A DNA stretch of 64,000 bases from Azolla caroliniana (taxonomy: Eukaryota; Plantae; Polypodiophyta). How positions within the stretch are numbered: the stretch's first letter is position 1; every line of letters starts with the position of its first letter. Where the stretch lies: positions 2,914,001-2,978,000 of the forward strand of contig JBHGNT010000007.1 of assembly GCA_043228905.1 (NCBI GenBank), written 5' to 3'. The position numbers and the translations under genes are program-made. Positions 1 through 12,223 of this stretch are shown piece by piece. A model generated the notes under the pieces. It worked only from the letters and a program-made list of their open reading frames with translations, searched no databases and was not told the origin of the DNA.

Positions 1-21
1 TTTCACCCATACATCTTTGGC

Positions 22-310
22 ACATCTAAAATGAGAAAAAGACATTCACTCTATCATGGGCATCAAGGCATTTAGAAATATTCTAGGAGAAGAATGATGA
101 TATTACACCTCTCAAAGCTTCTAATCTCATTTGATATTGTGATTATTACAATTTACACCTCATTTGATATTGTGATTATTACATCTAAAATGAGAAAAAG
201 ACATTCACTCTATCATGGGCATCAAGGCATTCAGAAATATTCTAGGAGAAGAATGATGATGTTATTACACCTCTCAAAGATTCTAATCTTATTTGATCAT
301 TTGATATTCT
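22..310. repeat. Tandem duplication, period ~159 bp
   Basis: acatctaaaatgagaaaaagacattcactctatcatgggcatcaaggcatt...gaagaatgatgat occurs at ~22 and again at 181, nearly identical. Confidence 0.85.
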
Positions 311-1279
311 GAAAATATGTAGAGCTTGAAAGATGTACTAAGAACATAACTTGCAAAGGCTCATTAAATAAACATTCTTTGTTGAATTATTCTTGAAGCA
401 AACTCTATTATTGTGGTGTCCATAATAATCCGTTGCTCCCATTATGACCATATTATTTAGTGGCATAATCTTAGTGACCATTCTAAAGCTAATTTAATGG
501 TTTACAAGTATGATAAATGGGAAACCAATAATCCTATGACTTGGAACAAACCCATAAGGACCTATGACAAGTGGGAACAAGTGGTAGTTTGAGAGCCTAT
601 GATGTTAGACTATATAAATGGGACTAACTACCCTCTTCACGAAGACATCTTGACAAGGTTTGTAGACTTTATTGGTGAGACAAAGCTCTCTTCTTTCTAA
701 CCATTCATCCCAACATTCAAGATATACAAAATGCATTATTTGTGACAAGGGATGCTAACGGTTTTATGTTGAGGGTGTGGTTAAGCACATTTAAATCATC
801 CATTTCATAATCTAAATATTCATAAATTATCATTATCATTCCAATAATAAACCACTACTACCATTGCTTTGACTACAATAATCAGCAAGACAATGCTCTC
901 CAACACATTAACTTTACATTGGTATCTCTTACAAGTACATAAAAAATGTCCTTTTAATATGGTCAACTAACCTCAAAATATACCAGCATTTCTATCCTTG
1001 TAAATACATTTGATAACTACCCCTACTCAAAATACAATATACATGGTTGATTGTAGTCGTTGACAAACCAATTTGTAAATTGATCTCTCATTATCAATCT
1101 TATTGACCATTATTTCCTGCTACCATGCTTTACTAGATTCTCTGCAGAATAATCTGTATTGAAAATTGTCCCATAATTTGATGAACTCTTATTTGTTTTA
1201 GATACCTTTCAAATCTATTTCCACAATAGTGCATCAATTTAAATGTATACTCATATCCAGTACCCTTAATGAATACAAT

Positions 1280-1522
1280 CATAGTATAAACCATACGTAC
1301 CATATGTACATTTGCATTCAAGTATGGTAAACACCCTCTAAGTATGGTAAATACCATACTTTTGTGTTTATTATTTATTATAAGGCAAAACTTTTTCTAA
1401 GGTAAGAACATTAAGTTAAAAACTTTTAAAAAACCATACATATGTTTTCATAACACATGCATTCGTTTGCAAACGTAGGAAAAGAAAGTTTGCAAATGCA
1501 TTCGAGGATATTACATATTATG
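1280..1522 (-). mobile_element. Non-autonomous hAT-like MITE (CATAG-ended family, 243 bp)
   Basis: 8-bp TSD AATACAAT at 1272-1279 and 1523-1530. Ends catagtataaaccatacgtacc... and ...atattacatattatg are the reverse complement of the ends of the copies at 5803-6583 and 43474-43702. Confidence 0.8.
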
Positions 1523-2702
1523 AATACAATTACAGTAGCGAATATTCAATGCATTCAAAGTTTGTTTTTCTTCCATTTGTCAATCATACCTGCACCCCAC
1601 TTTTTATGTTTTCAAAGAGGAAGCCAATAGACATCTTAATCAAATTACACAAAGCTAACAAAGCTTTGACGGTGAAGAAAAATATACAAGCCAAGTGTGC
1701 AATATAATCAAACCAATTCAAGAAAGGGTTCCTTCAAAATATACATGGAATTCAAGCTCATAAGATTTCATTGTTGCCAATTGTGCAACAGAAGAAGACT
1801 TTCCTTTTGAATAAATGTAGAAAACAGCAGACTTATGGAGAAGTCATGCAACCATATTAAAAAAAGTTGATGATTCTAACAATAATCACAAACACTAACA
1901 TTAGAAACAAGGAAATATGACAGCAATTTCCTCATCAATATTAAGTTGCATCCGTATGAGATTATTGTCTAAAAAAGGATACTAAAGACATAATATTTTA
2001 TTTGATGTTTAAACCTTGTAAAGAATAAACCAAGGAAAATGTGACGCATACCATGAATATCATCACAACCGCCCTATCATTTCCTGGATAATAGACACAG
2101 CATTACTCGTAATGCCACTCGCTATCATTTCAAACCATACAAATTATAAGGAATAAACCAAGGAAACTACTCATTTAGCATGGATATCAGCAGAAACATC
2201 AGATAAAAACATTTTTTCCCAATACCAATGGCCCCATCAAATAGTCTAGTTTTCATCCTTATTACTTGTAAAAATTTACCAAGGAGACTTGTCGGCTAAC
2301 ATGGCTCTTTGGAAGACTCACCACTTCATGTATAGCTTATAGATCGGAAGAGTCAAACCAAAACATTCTTTGCAAATTCCTGCTTTATTTTTTTAATGCC
2401 AAAATTGGATTCCAAAGCTTTCCTTAGGATCCCCAACGCATGGGTAATGGCTAAACATGGGGCTAAAACAAACCACCATTAAGTAGAATGAGTAGAACTC
2501 TTTTTCTTTTCTCAATAAAAAGTCTCCAAGAAGAAGGAAAAAAGAACACAACACAACAATTTAGTTAATGACTATTACCTAAGCCACAATTTTTAAATGA
2601 TGCATATAAAAATTACGAGCCAGGACCCCAACCTCATCTTTCCTTTTCCTTGCACTCGTGCTTTCAGTTACATTTTTGCTTTGTTTTTCTTCTTTTGATC
2701 AC

Positions 2703-3386
2703 TCATTCAAGTACAGCTGTTGCTCCAATTGCCTTTAATTTCTCCACAATTTGATCGGCTTCTTCTTTCCCAACACCTTTCTTAATCATAGCTGGAAGCT
2801 TTTCTACCAGTTCCTTAGCTTCTTTCAAACCAAGAGAAGTAAAAGTCCTAACTTCCTTGATAACTTTTATTTTAGCTGAAGCATCAAATTTCTCAAGTCT
2901 AATATCAAAGTTAGTCTTTTCTGGTATTTTCTCTTCTTCTTTGGCTGCTAAGTCCGGAGCAGATGACCCCATTTGCCCGCCCATTCCACCATAATAAGGC
3001 ATTGCTGAATCAGGCAAACCAAGCTTCTTCTTCAAAAGATAAGACAAATCTGATGCCTCGATAAGGGTCATATTAGCAATTTTATCTACAATGTTAATGA
3101 TCTTCTCAGCTGGGGGGCTTCTAGATTCAGATGGATCAAAGTTTGAAGGATTGTAATCTGCAGGTTTTGTTGGATCAATTTCATCTGATATTGTGTCTAG
3201 AGTTGTTTCTTTAAGGCTAGGAGAAGCTGCACCTAGAGCAATTACACTAGTATGAAAAGGAGATTTCCATGTAGAAATCCTACCAATTACTGAATAATGG
3301 CATGATTCCGCTGGTGAAGGAACCACCCCAAGAATTTTCGTTTGCGAAATTAGTGACAATGGCAATCTTCTAAGAAAAATAGTCAT
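2703..3386 (-). CDS. Organellar (mitochondrial-type) ribosomal protein L7/L12 (bL12) with N-terminal transit peptide
   Basis: 227-aa intact ORF. C-terminal L7/L12 domain EKTNFDIRLEKFDASAKIKVIKEVRTFTSLGLKEAKELVEKLP...EKLKAIGA, dimerisation helix IVDKIANMTLIEASDL, R/S/L-rich presequence. Probable 5'-UTR intron 3392-3625 (CAG|GTAGTT ... TTGTAG|AAAGAATG on -). Confidence 0.93.
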   Translation of the reverse strand: MTIFLRRLPLSLISQTKILGVVPSPAESCHYSVIGRISTWKSPFHTSVIALGAASPSLKETTLDTISDEIDPTKPADYNPSNFDPSESRSPPAEKIINIVDKIANMTLIEASDLSYLLKKKLGLPDSAMPYYGGMGGQMGSSAPDLAAKEEEKIPEKTNFDIRLEKFDASAKIKVIKEVRTFTSLGLKEAKELVEKLPAMIKKGVGKEEADQIVEKLKAIGATAVLE

Positions 3387-3739
3387 TCTTTCTACAATAA
3401 CGTTTCTCCAAAACTCATGTATATATCAATAGAAAGCTCTTTCTTTTCGTTCCCCTTCTGTGTGTTCTTTATTTCTCTTCCGGTATAATCCCTCTTTCTT
3501 TCTTTCTTTCTTTCTGCCTTTCTTTCTTTACCCCTTCGATCGATCGACAAGGGATGTATCAAAGAAAAACTCTTCTGGTGCAGTCATCATTTCTGCTAAG
3601 CTTTTTTGAGATGAAATGGAACTACCTGAAATGACGAGCCGCAGCTGTTGGGCACTTCCATGGCTGCGCCGATGTTTGCTCCTTCGACAGTTTCTCTCTC
3701 TCTCTCTCTCTCTGAGAGTGAAAAAATAGTGTTTTACAT

Positions 3740-3748
3740 AAACCCTAG
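3740..3748 (+). promoter_or_regulatory. Telo-box (AAACCCTAG) upstream of the ribosomal protein gene
   Basis: AAACCCTA motif ~115 bp upstream of the putative first-exon donor; telo-boxes are typical of plant translation-machinery promoters. Confidence 0.45.
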
Positions 3749-3827
3749 ATGTAAACCAAACTCTGAACTAAAATCTCTTGTGAAATTATAATAACAAAGA
3801 ATTCCTAGTGAGAATGCATACATTGAT

Positions 3828-3904
3828 ATATATATATACATACATACATATACATATGTATCATTGTATGTATGTATGTATGTATGTATGTATGTATATA
3901 TATG

Positions 3905-3938
<34 letters not shown>

Positions 3939-3962
3939 TGTATATATATGTATATATGTATG

Positions 3963-3996
<34 letters not shown>

Positions 3997-4000
3997 TGTA
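3828..4000. repeat. (TA)/(TATG)n microsatellite
   Basis: Direct reading of tatgtatgtatg tracts. Confidence 0.95.
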
Positions 4001-5093
4001 TTATATCTGTATAGGCTAACAACAATAAAGCTCTCATGAGGCCTTCTCTTCGGTAACCCGCAACTCACGTTCGGCTATAGCCTATGTTCCCATCTCAGAC
4101 TCTATTTCTCGCATTCGAATCCCATGGCACTCCTATTGCTTGCTCTTCTCATCATCACTTAATTGATCGACATGACACGTGTTTGTGACTCCTATTGTTC
4201 AGTCGTCATTAGCTACTCACGACAACAATCTTTCATTTTTCAATTCAGGGTATCGAATCTATCGATGGTTTCCTTATGTACCCTGAAACCAACCAAGGAG
4301 AAGAACCGGTGCCCTCGGCCTTTATCATTGACTCATTGCCCCCTTACGATTTGAAGGTTAATTGGAAATAAAAATATTGAACCACATAAATATATCATCT
4401 GAAGCTTCACATATATTCATACTTTGCATTAGTGTGTAGAGGCTTAGTAACATGGACATTGAGAACACCATTACCTTTGCAAATGATCATGGATTCACAA
4501 GCTTTATGTTTGGGAGGTTGACTCAATCTCAGCCTTATAGTTTCTTATAATGATTTTGTCTTTGCATTATGTTATTTGTTCTTCAAGTTCATCTCTTACA
4601 CATGACATATAGAATCCTAGGTAGATTTCGCAAGAGGGTTAATACTGAGCATGTCCATTTTGTTCATCAAAAATATAATGGGTCACTAGAAATAAGATAG
4701 ACATGTATGTTGATTGTATGCACGTGCACTATTAGTCTCATTATAATTAGCACAACATGTTTTTATCCAAGTCTATATTGAGCTAAAATTTTCAATTTCT
4801 AAATAACCAAGTTTAATAAGCCACCAACTAGTTTATATGTTGTACGGTAGCATTGGTCCTCTCTTCACAAGGTTGGATCCATATGTATGTTTCTCTTGAT
4901 TTAATGTCCCTACCAAGTAACATTTGCTAAAATTCTTCCAATCTCTCTCTCTCTCCTTTTTTTATTGTAATTAGCTTACCTTATTGGTAAGTTGTTACAC
5001 TACAAGCCACTATGTTTTAGCTTCAAAACCCAATTTTCCTCACCTCTCTATTATATACTTCATACGTATCTCTTAATTCACTAGGTGTCACTA

Positions 5094-5140
5094 TGACCTC
5101 CTAGTCTCCATTGGTCAACCTTACCAACTGAGCTACATCC
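5094..5140 (-). mobile_element. tRNA-derived SINE-like head (degenerate)
   Basis: - strand reads GGATGTAGCTCAGTTGGTAAGGTTGACCAATGGAGACTAGGAGGTCA (Pol III A-box-like). Similar sequence at 62224-62300, 54661-54729 and 54958-55026. Confidence 0.5.
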
Positions 5141-5802
5141 ATCTGGGTTATCTCTCTCTCTCTATTAGACTATTAAAACAAGGTCTGAAGCCTTGGGTGC
5201 AATTGACTTTTGTACAAAATATATAGAACTCACCTCATCTATAGCCCAACTGCTTTTTTCATATTGTATTTTGTATAGAACTGTCATCTCAATAAATAAC
5301 CTTACGTTGTATGAGATTTCTTACATTCACATCCATAGTTTCAATTTCATGTCTATACAGTGTCCTTTCCTCATAAGCCACTTTCTCACAGAATTTTCAA
5401 TAGCACTAATTCTATAAGTAGGTTTGATTTTGATTCTTAAATTCTATATGGAACTATTTTCAATTAAAGAGTACATATCTATATAGTTGGCCTTAAACAA
5501 CTTTACAAAAATTTGTTATTATGGAGAACAACATCATCAATGAGCTATCCTTCCAGAAACATACACAATGTGAAATTTTGATAAGCCTGAAACACTATTT
5601 GTTCATTAAACTATAGCTACCAATACTCTACCATCAGTCTTTTATTTAGACATCTTATTTCCCAAACAATTTCAATATCAATAAAAATGAAATAAACATG
5701 CACATGTATGTATTACAATAAACATGCATGTGTTTGTTTATAACACTATGCAAGCTAACTACCCACATGATGCTTTCATTCTATATTTAACATTGTTCCA
5801 AA

Positions 5803-6583
5803 CATAGAACGTAATATTCGTGTTCGTGCAAGCATTCCAACGTTTGGAAACGAACACGTTTGAAATGGGAAAAATACGTCCTCCTTTTTTTTTATTTTTT
5901 TCCATCAATTATCATTGTAATTTAACTCACCCTAGTGGTAAGGAGTCATGTTATTTTTGTTTATGTCTTGGGTTCAATTCCCAATTTTCTCTTCCCCCTC
6001 TTTCATTAGTACCATGTCATTGCAAAATTTTATGTTAGTATTATAATACTTTTTTTCTTTTAAATTTTTATTATGACAACTAAGCACAACCTAGTGGTAA
6101 GTTGTTGTGCTACTATTACTTGTGTGTTCCTTTTTCTTCTTTTTCTTTCTTTCTTTGTTATTAGAAATTAGCTCACCCGAGTGGTAAGTTGTTATGCTAC
6201 AACTACCTATGTCATGTTTTCTTCATATTCTCAAATATACGTTTTATGAGTTTTTGAACGTTTGACTATAATTTATAATGAAATATTTTGATTCAATCTC
6301 TATAGTTCATACTCATTTTTTTGTAAAGTTCTAAAGTGAGGATGATAGAGATGTCTTGATTCGCATCCCAAAAGCATGCATGTGATACAATGCAAATATT
6401 GCAACCATACTTATGTTGGTGGTTCACAATGGATTGGAGTCCACTTATTAGGATTGAGAGTGAATCAATATATAATATAGACCCTAGTCAATCCAATCCA
6501 ACTTTGAGATGATTTACCATACACGTTTGATTGAATCATTCTCGAATGTGAATGCGCGTATGATACGTATGGTTCATTCTATG
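5803..6583 (+). mobile_element. Non-autonomous hAT-like MITE (781 bp)
   Basis: Termini CATAGAA...TTCTATG; 8-bp TSD GTTCCAAA at 5795-5802 and 6584-6591; subterminal sequences shared with 1280-1522 and 43474-43702. Confidence 0.85.
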
Positions 6584-6599
6584 GTTCCAAAACTATCTT

Positions 6600-7290
6600 T
6601 TAGAATTAGAATTAGAATTTTTATTGTCCATAAAGAGGCCAATTTTGACCTATGGGACCAAAGTATACATGTGTTCTTGATATGCGTCTCCTTCCTAAGA
6701 CGGGGGTAAACATATATTGAAGCACAAAGTCTTTATTCATAATTTAAGCATACACATATGAGCTCAACTTTCTAGATGGTGACTTAAATACGGCACTTAA
6801 GTTATCACTTCCTCTTAGTATGTCAACAAATCTTGAACGAATTGCATTATATGTCGAGTAGGTGAAGAAGAAGTGACATTCATCCTCTACCATACCTTCA
6901 TTACATACTTTACATGTCTTCAAATTCGTTACATTTTGTACCATGGTGCAACTTCAATACCTAACTTGTGAGATCGAGTATGACTTAATGCGAGGGTTCT
7001 ACGAGCATTACTACTCATATTGATAATGAGATAAGGTTGGATATGATCAATAGGCACTCTTGCTTTATATTGAGACCAGCATTTGGGGTTGACATTTGCA
7101 ATGTAATATTCTAGCTTTGTCCTCTTACCATCTTCTCACTTCATCCTTAATGAGTCCACCAACCTTTCTTCAATCATTACATAATGCATAGCATCGCCCA
7201 AAAGCTCTAAAAGATCATCAAAACCCCATCTTCTAAATAATTTCCTTATGTCAACAACCCAACCAGATGAGAGAATCTTACTCTAGTGAT
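6600..7290 (-). mobile_element. Degenerate 3' fragment of a microsatellite-tailed LINE
   Basis: Remnant CKVCNEGMVEDECHFFFTYSTYNAIR (C-terminal CCHC of LINE ORF2); (TTCTAA)3 tail at ~6600-6619; 3'-UTR motif shared with the LINE at 17623-22834. The 5' boundary is approximate. Confidence 0.7.
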
Positions 7291-8547
7291 TATTAAAAAT
7301 TAACATTATAACATAAAGATATAAAAATACATTATGCATGTAGATACAAGTCAAAACCTCTTGAAGGCTTGAGACAAATATAAATAGTTACAATTTAAGA
7401 ACCGAGATTTGATGAATGATGGATGTTTTGGAAGTACAAACGGATATCAATAGTTACAATTCAGGAAACTGAGATTTGATGAATCATAGATGTTTGGGTG
7501 TAACTACCCCTTGATAAAATTATCAAACGCTTCATTATTCACGACATGTATTGAAGCCAAAAACCATGTGACTGATTGTTGCCTCTTTGTTCCAACCTAT
7601 TTGCACTGCATCAAGAAACTCAAAATGTAGCAAAAAATTTCAAAGTAAATGGAATAGTTCATGTTTTTCAGATATGAGAAGAAGAACTGACCACGGCAAT
7701 AGGTTTACATAAAGTTTCTTACCATTGAATTGGAGTTATAACTGGGGCCTTCTTCCTTAGCAGCATCGTGGACTCCTAATTACTTCTTGCTCGACCTGTA
7801 TCATCAGCAATTAATCTTTTCTGCGATTATCGTACCAAATATATGTTGTCAGAAAAAGACAATATACTCTGAACTCATGAAATTTATATTTTCAACACAG
7901 CCAAAGAACTAAAAATACCAAGTGTCAATGGTCAAATAGCATTTGTGAAGAGGCACTCTATAATGATATATTGAAAAGGATCTTTGAAATGTGACATATA
8001 TCATGACGTACAGTATAATCAATTAACATTTCTTTTTCAAGTGTACATAAAACAAGAATAGTGGTTACCATCTTTTGATGCATGAATCAGATGAAGGTCA
8101 AATTCCCAATGCCAGTAGCTTGTTACAATACCTTAAGTAGCAAGGTAGAGGGTACTAACACCCAATTTTTTTCATTTGTGATTACAAACATGAATGTCTC
8201 AAATATCTAGGATCAGAATTTTTGCAGAATTTGGCATTCCTTAAGTACTCTGCCAGAGTACTATGTACTATGTCCTCAAAGATTATGCGTCCCATGCCAT
8301 CAAAAGCACATTGAGGACTAGCCATTGTTGCAACGTGTAGATAAGCTATATCTGATCCGGAGATAAATACACACAACTAATCTCCATCCAGTGAATAACC
8401 TGTTAATATAATTATGTAATCTAGATTATATACCCAGAAAGAATGGTGGACCCACATATGATGCACTGCAACATGAAAATTTAATCTTGACAGCCAATAC
8501 ATGGGACCTTCTGGTTGTGAGCCACCTGAAACAAAACAAAAATTAGC

Positions 8548-11471
8548 TCAAACAGCAATGTCCTTATTGGTAGCCACTTCAGGAATTGAATCAAGCTCAA
8601 GCTCAGATTCATTGTTCATCTTCTCCAGTTCCTTTGCTTGATCACGATATGTCTCAAGTTCAGATTCATTGTTCATCTTCTCAAGTTCCTTTGCTTGATC
8701 ACGATATGGCTCAAGTTCAGATTCATCATTCATCTTCTCAAGTTCCTTTGCTTGATCACGATATGGATCAAGTTCAGATTCATTGTTCATCTTCTCAAGT
8801 TCCTTTGCTTGATCACAATATGGCTCAAGTTCAGATTCATTGTTCATCTTCTCAAGTTCCTTTGCTTGATCACGATATGGCTCAAGTTCAGATTCATTGT
8901 TCATCTTCTCAAGTTCCTTTGTTTGATCACGATATGGCTCAAATTCAGATTCATTGTTCATCTTCTCAAGTTCCTTTGCTTGATCACAATATGGCTCAAG
9001 TTCAGATTCATGGTTTCTTCCATCAGGGTACCCGAGTTCTTTAGACTCCTTGGTTCCTATGACCTTTGCTTCATTGATAATCCTCATGATATCTTCTTCG
9101 CTTTGAAGAGAATCATCTCCATTATCATGACTGTGACCTTGCTCAAAACCTTCAAGCATTTCCTTTGGAAGATCTTTAAGAAACCAAGGATGGGACTTGA
9201 TATCTGACGTAGTGATACGCTGTGCTCCAACATATGAGAAAATTTGCAATAATCAGATACTGATTTTTCATTAGTAATAATAGAGTAATAAAATCATTCA
9301 AGCACCTTTTCTGGATCAGTCACGAAAATGCGAGCAAGAAGATGCTTGCATTCAGCAGATATATGCACATCATCTGGAATCACATATTGCACGTTCATAA
9401 TCCGCTGCAAAAGCAACACAATTGAACTCAGTTACATGTTATGCAGTTTCGGTGAAAACACCCTGCCACAAGCCTTACACTGATAATACTCCTAAAGTTC
9501 TTCGGATCCGCAGGATCTTCAAAGGGGTAACAACCCATCAACATTACATACAATGTGACACCACAAGACCAAACATCGGCTTTCTGCAACAATGGAAGCA
9601 CAAGTGTTACATAATTGGCAAGCATAAATAGGCATATGCTCATGGCACCCACGTGTATCTTCTATACTGAACCACATATGTTAAAACATTCTATAGCCAA
9701 CTAAGAGAGGAATCAATTTGCAAGCCATCATATCGACTTATCTCATAATTTCTTTAAACAGTCATGAGGATACCTTGCCATCATATTCTCTCTGAGATAA
9801 CACCTCGGGAGCAATGTAAGCAGGTGTTCCAACAGTTGATTTTGCTTGAGAATGCAGTAACAAGGACTGCAAAGATAGACATGAAATCATCAACATCAAC
9901 AACTGGAGAAAGAGACAGACACACGCAAGCAATCATTAGGTTTGAAGTCTATTTTATATGGAGTCCAACAAGATTTACTATACCTTCGAATAACCAAAGT
10001 CACAAATCTTAAGCCGACGAGCAGAACTTCCATCAAGCAACGTATTCTCCATCTTCAGATCCCGGTGGCAAATTTGCTGAGCGAATACAAGAGAAATATG
10101 AAATCAAATTCGCCATCATTGGTTGAACAGGACAAAGATTTTTCTGACATTCACAGTGAATTGAGGCTAGATATAATACTACGACAGAACTAAAATGTCA
10201 AAACTTCTTCACATGTTATAATCTATTTAGTTTCTTAATTCAATTCACCATGTCATGGCAGTAGCTGACTCCCGATATCAACTGCTGGAAGAAAAATCTA
10301 GCCTGCATGATGCAGAATTTAGAATTATCAAAGAGGTAACAATATGGGAACCAACAAAAATCGCAATGATAAGCCATGTTCACCTCATTTTCTTCAAATT
10401 TTCCAGCATTGCAGATACTTTCAAAAAGCTCACCACCAGCAGCATACTCCATAATTATAGCTAACTTCTGGGGAGTTAGACATACCTATGAAAAAATGCA
10501 TTCAATACAAACGGATCAGAAAGGCAAAGAACATTCTTTTCTTTATTCCCAAAAGTGTAATAACCCTAGTACGAAATAGCGTGCTGTTATAATAACATAG
10601 GAATCACATAAAATGGCATACAGATAGCACGTCAATGGAGCTTGATCACATACACATGGCACAGAGATCAACCAGCATCTCTCACAGATAGTATTGTCAT
10701 GGAACAAGACTTCATACATGACTGTTCTTGCTCATAGCATAGCATTGCAATATAACACGATCTCAAGCACTCATATCTCCGCTTCTTGTTGATATGCATA
10801 GCATTCTTATAGAACAACAATTCATGCTGATAGTATGGTGATGGAACAACATCCCATCCAATACAGAGAACACCATTTCATATCGATAAGATATCAATGG
10901 AACCCCAACTCGTGCTGGTTGCATAGCAATGGACGGAACAATGTTTTCAAACAGATAGTGTAAAAGCTCCAGGGAATGGCATCCCATATAGACAGTGCAT
11001 CAACACTCATCAGATGGTTTTTAGCCTATATATATATAAACCTCAAAGCTGCAAGTAAAAAGGGGAAAGTGAAAGGGAGAAAAATACCTCTTTGAAGCGT
11101 ATGATGTTAGGATGCCGTAAAGATCGATGATTAATGATCTCTCTTTGCACATTCTCATCGATCTGTGTAGAAATGAAAAGATCGTGAAAAAGCAGAGAAG
11201 AAGAATATCATGATATTGACGAAGGAGAACTACGATTGTTGATGATTCTCACAATGAAGGAGAAGATACTGATTACGAAGATTAGCAACATCATCAACAG
11301 AAACCCTAGACCCTACAAGTGAAAGAAAAAAGGATTGTTCCGCCTCATTACCTTGGGGCCACGATCTATGTACTTGACGGCGAACAGCTCGTTAGTCGTC
11401 TTGTCTCGGAGGAGCTTGGCAGTACCAAAGTTTCCTTGACCGATCTCCTTCACGACATCGAAGCGGTCCAT
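8548..11471 (-). CDS. SnRK2: SNF1-related protein kinase 2 (SnRK2/SAPK family), ~470 aa, with expanded repeat C-terminus
   Basis: Nine GT-AG exons in phase: 11352-11471, 11088-11162, 10384-10485, 10249-10302, 9984-10076, 9774-9866, 9479-9583, 9306-9404, 8548-9219 (1413 nt). Motifs: [78 protein letters not shown] and SnRK2 box [14 protein letters not shown]. The exon sizes match the usual SnRK2 layout. Confidence 0.95.
8596..9012 (-). repeat. 57-bp coding minisatellite, 7 full + 1 partial units ([19 protein letters not shown])
   Basis: Near-identical 57-nt units read directly; in frame in the last SnRK2 exon. Confidence 0.95.
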
Positions 11472-11494
11472 GGGGCGGGGAAGAGAAGAGGCAC

Positions 11495-11705
11495 TTCTTC
11501 TTCTCCTCCTCCTCCTTCTTCTTCTTCTCCTCCTCCTCCTCCTTCTGCTTCTTCTTCTACTACTACTACTTCTTCTTCTCCTCCTTCTCCTTCTCCTTCT
11601 CCTTCTTCTTCTTCTTCTTCTTCGTTGACCACTGCGTCTTTAGCTGCTGCTCCTTCCTGCTCTTTCTCTCCTGCTGCTGCTGCCGTGACTCTTTCTCTCT
11701 CTTCA

Positions 11706-11736
<31 letters not shown>

Positions 11737-11740
11737 TTCG
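11495..11740 (-). repeat. GAA/GGA/GA-rich low-complexity tract in the SnRK2 5' leader
   Basis: (CTT)/(CCT)/(CT) runs on + immediately upstream of the SnRK2 ATG. Confidence 0.85.
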
Positions 11741-11819
11741 TTCGTCGCCTGTTGTCTGCTGCTTCTTCGTATGAAGAGGATGGGGGAGAACCTGCGCGCC
11801 AATTGTTGGAAATAATACG

Positions 11820-11975
11820 GTATATGTATGTACGTACGTATGTATGAGTGTATGTATGTACGTACGTATGTATGTATGTATTGCTGAAACGTACTGTATG
11901 TATGTATGGATGGATGGATGGATGGATGCATGTATGTATGTATACATGCATGTATGTATGTATGTATGTATGTAT
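11820..11975. repeat. (TATG)n/(GATG)n microsatellite
   Basis: Direct reading. Confidence 0.9.
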
Positions 11976-12174
11976 TTTGGATGGGTTGCTTCCTTTCAAA
12001 GGAAGGCACACACACCTTCAAATGCATTCCCTCCTCTCCGCGACGCCGCCGCCCAACTTATCGGGCCTCCCTTCCTTTTATCATCGACCCCCCCCCTTGT
12101 AATGTTTGGTCCTCTGTCTCAAATCTCAGCCGACCACCAAATGTATTGCCCATTATAACCTCCCCATCGTATAT

Positions 12175-12175
<1 letters not shown>

Positions 12176-12219
<44 letters not shown>
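12176..12219. repeat. (GT)n microsatellite
   Basis: Direct reading. Confidence 0.95.

Positions 12220-12223
<4 letters not shown>

Noticed and set aside
3805-4068. YIHT/MYVC ORFs
   Set aside because: Translations of (TATG)n microsatellite
5094-5140. Functional tRNA gene
   Set aside because: No complete cloverleaf or acceptor stem visible; treated as a SINE-like remnant
7722-7795. Exon-like segment on - (ACAG|...ATG|GTAAG) downstream of SnRK2
   Set aside because: No homology or frame support; could be a 3'-UTR exon but cannot be supported from sequence alone
8586-9207. Plus-strand repeat ORFs (152 aa, 189 aa) and CRISPR-like look of the 57-bp array
   Set aside because: Antisense shadows of the SnRK2 coding minisatellite; units are contiguous with no unique spacers, and the context is eukaryotic
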